From Eledone cirrhosa (taxonomy: Eukaryota): DNA of 64,000 nt. A program made the translations under genes and the position numbers. A model generated the notes under the pieces. It did no database searches, was not told the DNA's origin, and saw only the letters and a program-made list of their open reading frames with translations. The stretch is from NCBI GenBank assembly GCA_964016885.1, contig OZ024744.1:106206001-106270000 (forward strand). Reading direction: 5' to 3'. Positions within the stretch are counted from its first letter, which is position 1. Each line of letters starts with the position of its first letter. This document shows positions 25,553 to 38,365 of the stretch, one piece after another.

Positions 25553-25771
25553 TAACCCATTAGCATTTACATTACTCTATTGTATTTTTTGTGGTAAAGG
25601 CTTTATCTTACATAATTATCTCACATAATATCGAATCTATGAGATTTTGATATCATTTATTTTGAGAACAATACCTTAATGTCAGTATGAGCAGCTGTTA
25701 CAGCTGGTTTGTACAGAAAGGGGTGAGAGAATCCTGGTCAGATATGGCCGGTTTAAATACTAAAAGGTTAA
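25553..25771. mobile_element. piggyBac-type MITE (TTAA-flanked); relatives at about 53416-53475 and 59470-60095
   Basis: ttaacccatttagcattt ... aaatactaaaaggttaa imperfect TIRs. Confidence 0.55.
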
Positions 25772-25787
25772 GTAAGCTTGATGTTGC

Positions 25788-26780
25788 TGACAGGACCAGT
25801 TTTAGTTTCTTAATTGGAACAATATATTGACATCATCCCAGAGGTAATTAGACAGGACCAGCTTTAGTTTCTTAATTGAAACAATATATTGGCATCATCC
25901 CAGAGGTAATTAGACAGGACCAGCTTTAGTTTCTTAATTGAAACAATATATTGACATCATCCCAGGAGTAATTAGACAGGACCAGCTTTAGTTTCTTAAT
26001 TGGAACAATATATTGACATCATCCCAGGAGTAATTAGACAGGACCAGCTTTAGTTTCTTAATTGGAACAATATATTGACATCATCCCAGGAGTAATTAGA
26101 CAGGACCAGCTTTAGTTTCTTAATTGGAACAATATATTGACATCATCCCAGGTGTAATTAGACAGGACCAGCTTTAGTTTCTTAATTGGAACAATATATT
26201 GACATCATCCCAGAGGTAATTAGACAGGACCAGCTTTAGTTTCTTAATTGGAACAATATATTGACATCATCCCAGGAGTAATTAGACAGGACCAGCTTTA
26301 GTTTCTTAATTGGAACAATATACTGACATCATCCCAGAGGTAATTAGACAGGACCAGCTTTAGTTTCTTAATTGGAACAATATATTGACATCATCCCAGG
26401 AGTAATTAGACAGGACCAGCTTTAGTTTCTTAATTGGAACAATATATTGACATCATCCCAGGAGTAATTAGACAGGACCAGCTTTAGTTTCTTAATTGGA
26501 ACAATATATTGACATCATCCCAGAGGTAATTAGACAGGACCAGCTTTAGTTTCTTAATTGGAACAATATATTGACATCATCCCAGAGGTAATTAGACAGG
26601 ACCAGCTTTAGTTTCTTAATTGGAACAATATATTGACATCATCCCAGAGGTAATTAGACAGGACCAGCTTTAGTTTCTTAATTGGAACAATATATTGACA
26701 TCATCCCAGGAGTAATTAGACAGGACCAGTTTTAGTTTCGTAATTGGAACAATATATTGACATCATCCCAGAGGTAATTA
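25788..26780. repeat. 62-bp minisatellite, about 16 copies
   Basis: gacaggaccagctttagtttcttaattggaacaatatattgacatcatccca(gag/gga)gtaatta. Confidence 0.96.
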
Positions 26781-26905
26781 TCAACTTACTAACAAGGTGG
26801 AAATTATATAATTAGAAAAACAAAAAGAAAGAAAGAAGTAAAGAAATGGCTCTTTATCAATAAAAGAAAAAGAAAAACAACACCCAAAATGAAATATATA
26901 AAGAT

Positions 26906-27258
26906 GTGGAGGCACATGGCTTAGTGGTTAGAGCATTGGCCTTGCAATCGGAAGGTTGTGAGCTCAATTCTCACACCGGGTGATGTGTTGTTTCCTTGAG
27001 CAAGACACTTTATTTCACATTGCTCCAGTTTACTCAGCTGTAGAAATGAGATGATAGGGACTGGGGTCCCTATCATTCCACTGCAATGTGGTTGTTGAGG
27101 TGCCACGGCAAAAAAAGCACCCAGCACTCACTGTAAATGAGGTTGGTGTTAGGAAGGGCATCCAGCTGTAGAAATCAAGCCAGCATTAGTTCCCGTCCCA
27201 CCCTTCCAAGCAGGGAAAAAGCGGACGTAAAATGATGATAATGATGATGATGATGATA
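26906..27258 (+). mobile_element. tRNA-head SINE with RTE-derived 3' end
   Basis: Same family as 21819-22155; (GAT)n tail. Confidence 0.85.
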
Positions 27259-27299
27259 ATAATGAAAGAAAAAATATATCTTTGAAGAATTAAACTCAC

Positions 27300-27546
27300 C
27301 TTTGATATTGGCACTCTGTTTTTGGCATCAATTTTGTCAAAGTGTTCAAATATTTGCCTATAGAGAGTGTTTTTACGTGTTTTATCATTATCAGGTGGCA
27401 AATAGTTCCGTATTGGTGGACCAATGTGTTCATATAATGACTGTATGATACGTACAGCAACACGACGGACATCTTCAGAACTATGATGGAGGCAAGCAAC
27501 AGTGCAGAAATTCATGATATCTTCAACAGCCATTCCTGGACTGTTA
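27300..27546 (-). CDS. CEP104: CEP104 exon 6 of window (TOG C-terminus): NSPGMAVEDIMNFC..HSSEDVRRVAVRII..YLPPDNDKTRKNTLYRQIFEHFDKID..PISK
   Basis: ttag/gtgagt splice sites, 247 bp, phase 2 to 0; resembles human EYLPPDDSNTRRNILYKTIFEGFAKIDG (recalled). Confidence 0.96.
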
Positions 27547-27621
27547 CTAACAGACATTGACAAGGAGAGAAGAGAAATATTATCATTTGGCTAAAACTCA
27601 TTAAAATTATATTTAGAAAAA

Positions 27622-28776
27622 TGTGGTGGTGGTGGTGGTGGTTGTGGTGGTGGTGGAGGTTTGGTGGTGGTGTGATGATGATGGTGGTGGAGGGGGGAGG
27701 GTATTGGTGGTGGTGGTGGTGGTGGAGGTTTGGTTGTGGTGGTGGTGGTGGTGGTGGAGGTTTGGTTGTGGTGGTGGTGGTGGTGGTGGCGGTGGTGGTG
27801 GTGTGATGATGGTGGTGGTGGAGGTTTGGTGATGGTGGTGGTGGTGTGATGATGGTGGTGGTGGTGGCGGAGGCGGGGGGTGAGGGGTATTGGTGGTGGT
27901 GGTGGAGGTGGTGGTAGTGGTGGTGGTGGTGGTGGAGGTGGTGGTAGTGGTGGTGGTGGAGGTTTGGTTGTGGTGGTGGTGGTGGTAGTGGTGTTGGTGG
28001 TGGTATTGGTGGTAGTTGTGGTAGCAGTGGTGGCGGGTTGGTGGTGGTGGTGGTGGTGGTGGTGATGGTGGTGGTGGTGATGTTGTTGGTGGTATTGGTG
28101 GTAGTTGTGGTGGCAGTGGTGGAGAGTTGGTGGTGGTGGTGGTGGTTGTGGTAGCAGTGGTGGCGGGTTGGTGGTGGTGGTGGTGGTGATGGTGGTGGTG
28201 GTGGTGTTGGTGGTAGTGGAGGTTTGGTGGTGGTGGTGATGGTGATGGTGGTGGTGTTGGTGGTGGTGGTGGAGGTTTGGTGGTGGTGGTGGAGGTTTGG
28301 TGTTGGTGGTGGTGGTGGAGGTTTGGTGGTGGTGGTGGTGGTGGTGTTGGTGATGATGGTGGTGGTGGTGGTGGTGGTTGTGATAGCAGTGGTGGCGGGT
28401 TGGTGGTGGTGGTGGTGGTGGTGGTGGTGGTGATGGTGGTGTTGGTGGTGGAGGTTTGGTGGTAGTGGAGGTTTGGTGGTGGTGGTGATGGTGATGGTGG
28501 TGGTGTTGGTGGTGGTGGTGGAGGTTTGGTGTTGGTGGTGGAGGTTTGGTGTGGTGGTGGTGGTGGTGGTGTTGGTGGTGGTGGTGGTAGTGGTGTTTTG
28601 TGGTGGTGGTGGTAGTTGTGGCAGTGGTGGAGATTTGGTGTTGGTGGTTGTGGAGGTTTGGTGGTAGTGGTGGTGGTGGTGGTGGTGGTGGTAGTGGTGG
28701 TAGTAGTGGTGGTGGTGGTGGTGGTGGTAGTGGAGGTGGTGGTGTTGGTGGTGGTAGTGGTGGTGGTGGTGGTAGT
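27622..28776. repeat. Degenerate (GGT)n microsatellite
   Basis: Direct reading. Confidence 0.97.
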
Positions 28777-29099
28777 GAGGTGTTGATAACTGTGTTATGT
28801 ATGAAACTGTGATATGACTGCTGTCAGTGAATGTCAAACATACAAGTGAATAAAATATTAAGATGTGCGAAGGGAGCAAGTCAGACTTCATATTATTGAA
28901 ATAAGAAAAATAATCTGTCTTCTAATAATTTAGTCAGGAGGTATTTGTTTATTAATTACCTGACTCAATACCGTTTATTATGATCGGTTGTGTTTCTAGA
29001 GACAATATCATTTAATAATTGTAGGGGATATAATTTAAAAAAATTTTTTTTTTACTTCAACATCAATTTTTTATTTAAATTTTTTTTTAAACACTTTAG

Positions 29100-30560
29100 T
29101 CTTTATTGTGTTGTATGAGATGAAAGAATGGTATTTAACTAATGTATTGGTACGCGATGGGGCCCACCCACAGCCCCAGCGGACAGAATGGAGAAGGCGT
29201 TTCCCCGGAGAACGGCAAGGGAGACGCGCTGGAAGAGCCACTCCAACTCGCGGGGCTCACACCTACGGCTGGCCAGCTCAGCGCCTATGGTGGTGAGTAA
29301 GGAGGTAGCCCTGGGGCCGAGGACACCAGAAGTCTCCACTGCCAGGGGAACGACCGCAAACCTGTCGGAGAGCGACCGGTATTTGAGGAGTTTGGCCCCC
29401 TCAGCCCGACGTGCAGCAGAACCTGGGTCAGTCGTGGACTGCACCAGGTTGCGGCTGCAGAAATTGTTGGTGCAAGTGGCACCCCAGACGAGGGGTTTGC
29501 CACCGCGGAACGGGAAGATGGTCATGCCATCTGGCCTTTTGCCGTCCCCTCGATCCAGCCCCACCGGCTCGAGCTGGGAAGGGAAGCCTGCAGTGTCCAA
29601 GCCCTGCTTAATGACCTCGTTGAGGGCAGCATGGCGTGGAATGCGGCCGGCACTGTGGCTACAGGAAAGCGGGTGGAGGCCGAAAGAGTCCACGGTGGAA
29701 CCGCAGCGACATTGGTGTGGCTGGCAGATCCGGAGGCCGAGCCTCAGGGAAACGCCGATTCGCAGGCTATGGTTGTCTAGCTGCGTGCCAGTGGAGAAGG
29801 AGGGCAGGGCATGGAGCCAGGCACCACTGTGGGGTTTGGAGGTCGCACGAAAACAAGCAAGGCTGTGCTGGTCGAGCTGGCGCATGAGCCTGTCTGAGGC
29901 CAGGCTGCACTGGATGGCATCCCAGGTGCGTTGGGGGGGGGACTTGATGTCAACAGGGGGAGAAGGAGGAGGGACGTCTACTGGGCTAAGTCCCAGCCGG
30001 ACCCACGTCTCACAGGCGGCCTCACGTTCTCTGAACACAGAGGGTTCTGTTGTGTTTTGAAGAACCCTGCTGACGAGGACGCGGCACGAGGTTACCAACG
30101 AAAGATACGCTGGCAAAGCTAGTGAGATCGGGGACCGGAGGCCAAGGTCGCCATACCTGACCGGTAAAGTGGCCTGTTGCCACCCTATGTCGTCAAACTT
30201 GACGTTGCATATCCCTTCGGCTGCTGCTCAGATACAAGTATCAAGGTCAGCGACGAGAGCTGTCTGAGTGTAGCATGGAGCGCTGTGGAGTGTATAGAGG
30301 AGCTTCGGCATGGCGAAGCAGTTCCTCAGCAGCAAGAGAGCTGGGTGGCCCGTCAATCAAGCCCAGTCGGCTCGTGAGAGTCTGGAGCTGTTGAAGCCTG
30401 GACCTGATGGTGGAGCGGATGGCCGGCGGGTGGATTGGTGACCCGAGGATGAGGACATCCTCTTTAGGGGTCAGCTGAACCTGGCGGAGAATGGACCGCA
30501 CGTCCAAGACATGCAAAGCTCGCAGCATCGAGGCTGACGTTCAGTGGGGGTAATGGGCTC
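29100..30560 (-). mobile_element. 5'-truncated CRE-like non-LTR retrotransposon with restriction-like endonuclease
   Basis: GC-rich; SGAWL..LP, CRCG..HPLSC knuckle, RH..N, RPDG, E..K..KY, PLAVETSG, Q.VS.AV.RGNA; frameshifted upstream. Confidence 0.85.
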
Positions 30561-30672
30561 TGTCAGGTTTAAGTGCACCGCTATATTACCCCTAGGTAGC
30601 CACCATGTGTTAGGGCTCAATACATATAGAACATGTGTTGTTGTACGTAGTGTACTGCCTCGCAACAATTAC

Positions 30673-30797
30673 CTGTTTATGGAGAGTCCAATTTCCTTGT
30701 ACAACATCTCAACTAATTCTGCTCGACTTCGGGCAAGTCTGGCGAACACTGAGGGCTTGAAGGGTTTCAGGCTTTCACTTGGAATAACGTTACACAA
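30673..30797 (-). CDS. CEP104: CEP104 exon 5 of window: LCNVIPSESLKPFKPSVFARLARSRAELVEMLYKEIGLSIN
   Basis: ccag/gtaatt splice sites, 125 bp, phase 0 to 2. Confidence 0.9.
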
Positions 30798-30849
30798 CTG
30801 GAATTGAGGGCAAATATTTTCTTTATTAAAAATATCATTTTATGTACAT

Positions 30850-33800
30850 GAGTGTGTATGGTGTGTGGGTGTAGTGTGGATGTAGTGTGGGTGTGTATGT
30901 ATGTGTGTGTGTGTGAGGGGTGTGTGTGTTTGTGTGTGTGTGTGTGGTGAATTGTATGTGTGTGTATGGTATATGATGTGGGTGTGGTGTATGACGTGCA
31001 TGTGTGTGTATGGTGTGTGTGTGTATCGTGTAGGTGTTTGTGTGCGTAAGGTATATGATGTGTGTGTGTGTGTGTGTATGGTGTGTGTGGCGTACAGTGT
31101 AAGGGGTGTGTGCATGGTATATGGTGTAGGATGTGTGTGTGTGTGTTATGGTGTGTGTGTATGGTGTGTGTGTGTATGGTGTGTATGGCGTACAGTGTAA
31201 GGTGTGTGTGCATGGTATATGGTGTAGGATGTGTGTGTGTGTGTTATGGTGTGTGTGTGGTATAGTGTGTGGTATGGTGTGTGGTATGGTGCATGGTATG
31301 GTGTGAGGTATGGGGTGTATGGTATGGTGTGTGGTATGGTGTGTGGTATGGTGTGAGGTATGGTGTGTGGTATGGTGTGTGGTATGGTGTGTGTGGTATG
31401 GTGTGTGGTATGGTGTGTGGTATGGTGTGTGGTATGGTGTGTGGTATGGTGTGAGGTATGGTGTGTGGATGGTGTGTGGTATGGTGTGTGGTATGGTGTG
31501 TGGTATGGTGTGTGGTATGGTGTGTGGTATGGTGTGTGGTATGGTGTGTGTATGGTGTGTGGTATAGTGTGTGGTATGGTGTGAGGTATGGTGTGTGTAT
31601 GGTGTGTGGTATGGTGTGTGGTATGGTGTGTGGTATGGTGTGCGGTATGGTGTGTGGTATGGTGTGTGGTATAGTGTGTGGTATGGTGTGAGGTATGGGG
31701 TGTGTGGTATGGTGTGTGGTATGGTGTGTGGTATGGTGTGTGGTATGTTGTGTGGTATGGTGTGTGTGGTATGGTGTGTGGTATGGGGTGTGGTATGTTG
31801 TGTGGTATGGTGTATGGTGTATGGTGTGTGGTATGGTGTGTGGTATGGTGTGTGGTATGGTGTGTGGTATGGTGTGTGGTATGGTGTGTAGTATGGTGTG
31901 TGGTATGGTGTGTGGTATGGTGTGTGGTATGGTGTGTGTATGGTGTGTGGTATGGTGTGTGGTATAGTGTGTGGTATAGTGTGTGGTATGGTGTGTGGTA
32001 TGGTGTGTGGTATGGTGTGTAGTATGGTGTGTGGTATGGTGTGTGGTATGGTGTGTGGTATAGTGTGTGGTATGGTGTGTGGTATGGTGTGTGGTATGGT
32101 GTGTGGTATAGTGTGTGGTAGGGTGTGTTGTATGGTGTGTGTGTATGGTGTGTGGTATGGTGTGTGGTATAGTGTGTGGTATGGTGTGTGGTATGGTGTG
32201 TGGTATAGTGTGTGGTATGGTGTGTGGTATGGTGTGTGTATGGTGTGTGGTATGGTGTGTGGTATGGTGTGTGGTATGGTGTGTGGTATGGTGTGTGGTA
32301 TGGTGTGTGGTATGGTGTGTGGTATGGTGTGTGGTATGGTGTGTGTGGTATGGTGTGTGGTATGGTGTGTGGTATGGTGTATGGTGTGTGGTATGGTGTG
32401 TGGTATGGTGTATGGTGTGTGGTATGGTGTGTGGTATGGTGTATGGTGTGTGGTATAGTGTGTGGTATGGTGTGTGTGGTATGGTGTGCATATGGTGTGT
32501 GGTATGGTGTGTGGTATGGTGTGTGGTATAGTGTGTGGTATGGTGTATGTGGTATGGTGTGCATATGGAGTGTGGTATAGTGTGTGGTATGGTGTGTGGT
32601 ATAGTGTGTGGTATGGTGTGTGTGGTATGGTGTGTAGTATGGTGTGTGGTATGGTGTGTGTATGGTGTGTGGTATGATGTGTGGTATGGTGTGTGGTATG
32701 GTGTGTTGTATGGTGTTTGGTATGGTGTGTGGTATGGTGTTTGGTATGGTGTGTGGTATGGTGTGTGGTATAGTGTGTGGTATGGTGTGTTGTATGGTGT
32801 GTGGTATGGTGTGTTTGGTATGGTGTGTGGTATGGTGTGTGGTATGGTGTGTGGTATGGTGTGTGGTATGGTGTGAGTATAGTGTGTGGTATGGTCTGTG
32901 TATGGTGTGTGGTATGATGTAAGGTATGGTGTGTGGTATGGTGTGTGGTATGGTGTGTGGTATGGTGTGTGGTATGGTGTGTGTTATGGTGTGTGGTATG
33001 GTGTGTGGTATGGTGTGTGTGTATGGTGTGTGGTATGGTGTGTGGAATGGTGTGTGGAATGGTGTGTGTGGTATAGTGTGTGGTATGGTGTGTGGTATGG
33101 TGTGTGGAATGGTGTGTGGTATAGTGTGTGGTATGGTGTGCGGTATAGTGTGTGGTATGGTGTGTGGTATGGTGTGTGGTATGGTGTGTGTGGTATAGTG
33201 TGTGGTATGGTGTGTGGTATGGTGTGTGGTATGGTGTGTGGTATGGTGTGTGGAATGGTGTGTGGTATAGTGTGTGTTATGGTGTGTGGTATGGTGTGTG
33301 GTATAGTGTGTGTGGTATGGTGTGTGGTATGGTGTGTGTGTATGGTGTGTGGTATGGTGTGTGGTATGGTGTGTGGTATGGTGTGTGGTATGGTGTGTGG
33401 TATGGTGTGTGGTATAGTGTGTGTGTGGTATGGTGTGTGGTATGGTGTGTGGTATGGTATGTGTGTGGTATGGTGTGTGGTATGGTGTGTGGTATAGTGT
33501 GTGTTATGGTGTGTGGTATGGTGTGCGGTATAGTGTGTGGTATGGTGTGTGGTATGGTGTGTGGTATGGTGTGTGGTATGGTGTGTGGTATGGTGCATGG
33601 TATGGTGTGTGGTATGGTGTGTGGTATGGTGTGTGGTATTGAGTGTGGTATGGTGTGTGGTATGGTGTGTGGTATGGTATGTAGTATGGTGTGTGGTATG
33701 GGGTGTGGTATGGTGTGCGGTATGGTGTGTGGTATGGTGTTGTATGGTCTGTGGTATGGTGTGTGGTATCGTGTGTGTATGGTATGTGGTATGGTGCATG

Positions 33801-36705
33801 GTATGGTGTGTGGTATGTGTGTGGTAGGGTGTGAGGTATGGTGTGTGGTATGGTGTGTGCTATTGAGTGTGGTATGGTGTGCGGTATGGTGTGTGGTATG
33901 GTGTGTGTGGTATGGTGTGTGTATGGTGTGTGGTATGGTGTGTGGTATGGTGTGTGTGGTATGGTGTGTGGTATGGTGTGTGGTATGGTGTGTGGTATAG
34001 TGTGTGTGGTACGGTGTGTGGTATGGTGTGTGGTATGGTGTGTGGTATGGTGTGTGGTATGGTGTGTGGTATGGTTTGTGGTATAGTGTGTGGTATGGTG
34101 TGTGGTATAGTGTGTGGTATGGTGTGTGTATGGTGTGTCGTATGGTGTGTGGTATAGTGTGTGGTATAGTGTGTGGTATGGTGTGTGGTATGGTGTGTGT
34201 ATGGTGTGTCGTATGGTGTGTGGTATAGTGTGTGGTATAGTGTGTGGTATGGTGTGTGGTATGGTGTGTGTATGGTGTGTCGTATGGTGTGTGGTATAGT
34301 GTGTAGTATAGTGTGTGGTATGGTGTGTGTTATGGTGTGTGTTATGGTGTGTGGAATGGTGTGTGGTATAGTGTGTGGTATGGTGTGTGTATGGTGTGTC
34401 GTATGGTGTGTGGTATAGTGTGTGGTATAGTGTGTGGTATGGTGTGTGGTATGGTGTGTGTATGGTGTGTCGTATGGTGTGTGGTATAGTGTGTGGTATA
34501 GTGTGTGGTATGGTGTGTGGTATGGTGTGTGGTATAGTGTGTGGTATGGTGTGTGTTATGGTGTGTGTTATGGTGTGTGGAATGGTGTGTGGTATAGTGT
34601 GTGGTATGGTGTGTGTATGGTGTGTCGTATGGTGTGTGGTATAGTGTGTGGTATAGTGTGTGGTATGGTGTGTGGTATGGTGTGTGTATGGTGTGTCGTA
34701 TGGTGTGTGGTATAGTGTGTGGTATAGTGTGTGGTATGGTGTGTGGTATGGTGTGTGTATGGTGTGTCGTATGGTGTGTGGTATAGTGTGTAGTATAGTG
34801 TGTGGTATGGTGTGTGTTATGGTGTGTGTTATGGTGTGTGGAATGGTGTGTGGTATAGTGTGTGGTATGGTGTGTGTATGGTGTGTCGTATGGTGTGTGG
34901 TATAGTGTGTGGTATAGTGTGTGGTATGGTGTGTGGTATGGTGTGTGTATGGTGTGTCGTATGGTGTGTGGTATAGTGTGTGGTATAGTGTGTGGTTTGG
35001 TGTGTGGTATGGTGTGTGTATGGTGTGTCGTATGGTGTGTGGTATAGTGTGTGGTATAGTGTGTGGTATGGTGTGTGGTATGGTGTGTGTATGGTGTGTC
35101 GTATGGTGTGTGGTATAGTGTGTGGTATAGTGTGTGGTATGGTGTGTGGTATGGTGTGAGTATAGTGTGTGCTATTGTGTGTGGTATGGTGTGTGGTATG
35201 GTGTGTGGTATGGTGGGTGGTATGGTGTGTGTGGTATGGTGTGTGGTATCGTGTGTGGTATCGTGTGTGGTATGGTCTGTGGTATGGTGTGTGGTATGGT
35301 TGGTGGTATGGTGTGTGTGGTATGGTGTGTGGTATCGTGTGTGGTATGGTGTGTGGTATGGTGTGTGGTATGGTGGGTGGTATGGTGTGTGTGGTATGGT
35401 GTGTGGTATGGTGTGTGGTATGGTGTGTGGTATGGTGTGTTGTATGGCGTGTGGTATGGTGTGTGGTATGGTCTGTGTATGGTGTGTGGTATGATGTAAG
35501 GTATGGTGTGTGGTATGGTGTGTGGTATGGTGTGTGGTATGGTGTGTGGTATGGTGTGTGGTATGGTGTGTGGTATGGTGGGTGGTATGGTGGGTGGTAT
35601 GGTGTGTGGTATGGTGTGTGGTATGGTGTGTGGTATGGTGTGTGTGGTATGGTGTGTGGTATGGCGTGTGGTATGGTGTGTGTGTATGGTGTGTGGTATG
35701 GTGTGTGGTATGGTGTGTCTATGGTGTGTGGTATGGTGTGTGTGTGTGGTGTGTGGTATGGTGTGTGGTATGGTGTGTGGTATGGTGTGTGGTATGGTGT
35801 GTGGTATGATGTGTGTGGTATGGTGTGTGGTATGATGTGTGTGGTATGATGTGTGGTATGGTGTGTGGTATAGTGTGTGGTATGGTGTGTGGTATGGTGT
35901 GTGGTGTGGTGTGTGGTATAGTGTGTGGTATGGTGTGTGGTATGGTGTGTGTGCATGAGGTATGGTGTGTATGTGTGTGTGTGTGAGGTATGTTGTGTGT
36001 GTGTGTGTCTATATGTGTGAGGTATTGTGTCTATGTGTGTGCAGTATGGTGTGTGCGTGTGTGTGTGTCTATGTGTGTGAGGTATGGTGTGTGTGTGTCT
36101 ATGTGTGTGAGGTATGGTGTGTGTCTATGTGTGTGAGGTATGGTGTGTGTGTGTGTCTATGTGTATGAGGTATGGTGTGTGTGTGTCTATGTGTGTGAGG
36201 TATGGTGTGTGTGTGTGTCTATGTGTATGAGGTATGGTGTGTGTGTCTATGTGTGTGAGGTAAGGTGTGTGTGTGTCTATGTGTGTGAGGTATGGTGTGT
36301 GTGTGTCTATGTGTGTGAGGTATGGTGTGTGTGTGTGTCTATATGTGTGAGGTATGGTGTGTGTGTGTCTATGTGTATGAGGTATGGTGTGTGTGTGTCT
36401 ATGTGTGTGAGGTATGGTGTGTGCGTGTGTGTCTGTGTGTGAGGTATGGTGTGTGTGTGTGTATGTGTCTGAGGTATGGTGTGTGTGTGTCTATGTGTGT
36501 GAGGTATGGTGTGTGCGTGTGTGTCTGTGTGTGAGGTATGGTGTGTGTGTGTCTATGTGTCTGAGGTATGGGGTGTGTGTGTCTATGTGTGTGAGGTATG
36601 GTGTGTGTGTGTCTGTGTGTGAGGTATTGTGTGTGTGTGTGTGTGTGTGTCTATGTGTGTGAGGTATGGTGTGTGTGTGTGTCTATGTGTGTGAGGTATT
36701 GTGTG
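30850..36705. repeat. (GGTATGGTGTGT)n 12-bp satellite grading into GT-rich variants
   Basis: Direct reading; source of the spurious HTPY/VWYG ORFs. Confidence 0.97.
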
Positions 36706-36709
36706 TGTG

Positions 36710-37058
36710 TCTGGATGCGCAGACTGAGCACACAACACACAGAAACAAAATGGCGTAGGACAGAACAAAGGAGAGGCACAAAAACAAAGAAAGGAATCCC
36801 CAGTCACTGAAGAGGTCACAGAGTGTGTGACGAAAGAACTATGACAATATATAAACAACTATCTGGTTGTGGAACCAACCAACCAACCAGAAATTTATAA
36901 ATTTATAAATTTATTATAAATTTATTATAATAAATTGAAGTGAAAGCAACTGGTGCGTGTGTTTCTTATTGGCAACATGACCCTCCCAAAGTATAACAAT
37001 ATCGGTTTCAACACACGATTTCAGATAAAGATTCTTGCTAAACAAATTCAGAAACGAA
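36710..37058 (+). mobile_element. Family C hammerhead-bearing element ending at (TA)n
   Basis: Diverged direct copy of 51320-51685. Confidence 0.8.
36803..36845 (+). ncRNA. Type-I hammerhead-like motif, family C
   Basis: GTCA-CTGAAGA-G-GTCACA..TGTGAC-GAAA-GAAC-TA^TGAC. Confidence 0.65.
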
Positions 37059-37082
37059 ATATATATATATAAATATATATAA

Positions 37083-37129
<47 letters not shown>

Positions 37130-37323
37130 CTATCATTCCACTGCAAAGTGGTCGTGGAGGTGCCACGGCCAAAAAGCACCCAGCACTCACTGTAAATGAG
37201 GTTGGTGTTAGGAAGGGCATCCAGCCGATAAAACTATGCATATATCAGATAAGTAGCACTCAATAGTTGATAGAACTGGAGTATATATAGAAGAAATTAA
37301 AAGATGGTTAAAAAAGTTCCATA

Positions 37324-37394
37324 TATTTTATTATGCGCATTTCAAAAACAAATATCATCCTGGGACAATAGTTGCGTTCTCATCAGATAAAATA
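37324..37394 (-). ncRNA. Type-I hammerhead ribozyme, family A
   Basis: Reverse-complement copy of 37393-37463. Confidence 0.78.
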
Positions 37395-37463
37395 TTTTAT
37401 CTGATGAGAACGCAACTATCGTCCCAGTATGATATTTGTTTTTGAAATGCGCATAATAAAATA
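37393..37463 (+). ncRNA. Type-I hammerhead ribozyme, family A
   Basis: TATTTTAT-CTGATGA-stem II-GAAA-TGCGCA-TA^ATAAAATA. Confidence 0.8.
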
Positions 37464-37910
37464 TATGGAACTTTTTTAACCATCTTTTAATTTCTTCTAT
37501 ATATACTCCAGTTCTATCAACTATTGAGCGCTACTTATCTGATATATGCATAGTTTTATCGTTCTACAATAAAACTCACTTCCTACAGATATATATGGCG
37601 ACATGAACCGAATGCTACCATTCTATTTTATATCAATGTGAACTGTTATTTCTAATGGCCATCTTTTCACCCCTTGATAATTTGTGAGTGAGACACGTTG
37701 GCTGAGAGTTTCTGACAGGAACTAATAGATTGATTATTTTTACCTTCCCGTCTCCATGTAAAATTTATAAATCAGTGGCTAGTTGACAGATAGAGTTCTA
37801 TCGGTTGCCAGTTGCTCATAGCTTTACCGTGTCAGTCGTCACAAACAGTCATGACCGGCATGGGCTGGTGTTTGGATTCTGTTGATCGATTGGTTATTGA
37901 TTAGGCGATA

Positions 37911-38020
37911 CCCGCTGATGAAGCTGCATAAGACGATTGTGCATTGTTGCATAATATATGCAGACAGATGGTGCAGTGCACCTTACTGCTGCATTAGTGC
38001 GGCAGAAACTCGAGTCCGGG
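37911..38020 (+). ncRNA. Type-I hammerhead ribozyme, family H, with an 83-nt stem II domain (element about 37595-38168)
   Basis: CCCG-CTGATGA-AGCTGCA...TGCGGCA-GAAA-CTCGAG-TC^CGGG. Confidence 0.78.
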
Positions 38021-38165
38021 AACCTTATAGGCACCCGTTTTACGTGTGTTGTGTTGAGGCAAATAACTATGTGTATACTCTGGTAATGTATCTTACATTG
38101 CCTATTGAGTGCGCTGAGATACAACCGGTACTGGCATTGATAAATATGCTGGGTCTGTCAACCCT

Positions 38166-38223
<58 letters not shown>

Positions 38224-38299
38224 ACACACACATACGATTTAAATATACACTTTCTTTAGTAAATATTTCAAATATGAAATTTTTGCTTTGCTAACTTAC

Positions 38300-38365
38300 T
38301 TTGATTTCTGGATATTGTGCAATTTCTATAACAAATCTTTTGGCTTCTTCTCTTGTTCTCAATGC
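38300..38365 (-). CDS. CEP104: CEP104 exon 4 of window: ALRTREEAKRFVIEIAQYPEIK
   Basis: ttttcag/gtaagt splice sites, 66 bp, phase 0-0; aligns to human SARLRVTAANFIQEMALFKEVK (recalled). Confidence 0.9.

Larger units (their letters stand above)
37226..37587. mobile_element. Family A spacer-less palindrome (centre 37393/37394)
   Basis: About 168-bp arms; right arm runs on to acttcctaca-(TA)n. Confidence 0.88.

Noticed and set aside
23448-26780. Regular 45-62 bp arrays as CRISPR
   Set aside because: No unique spacers, no cas genes, eukaryotic intron
29188-30060. 290-aa plus-strand ORF
   Set aside because: Antisense shadow of the GC-rich CRE-like ORF
27512-36858. Long His/Thr/Pro and Val/Trp/Cys ORFs
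   Set aside because: Translations of the (GGT)n and 12-bp satellites
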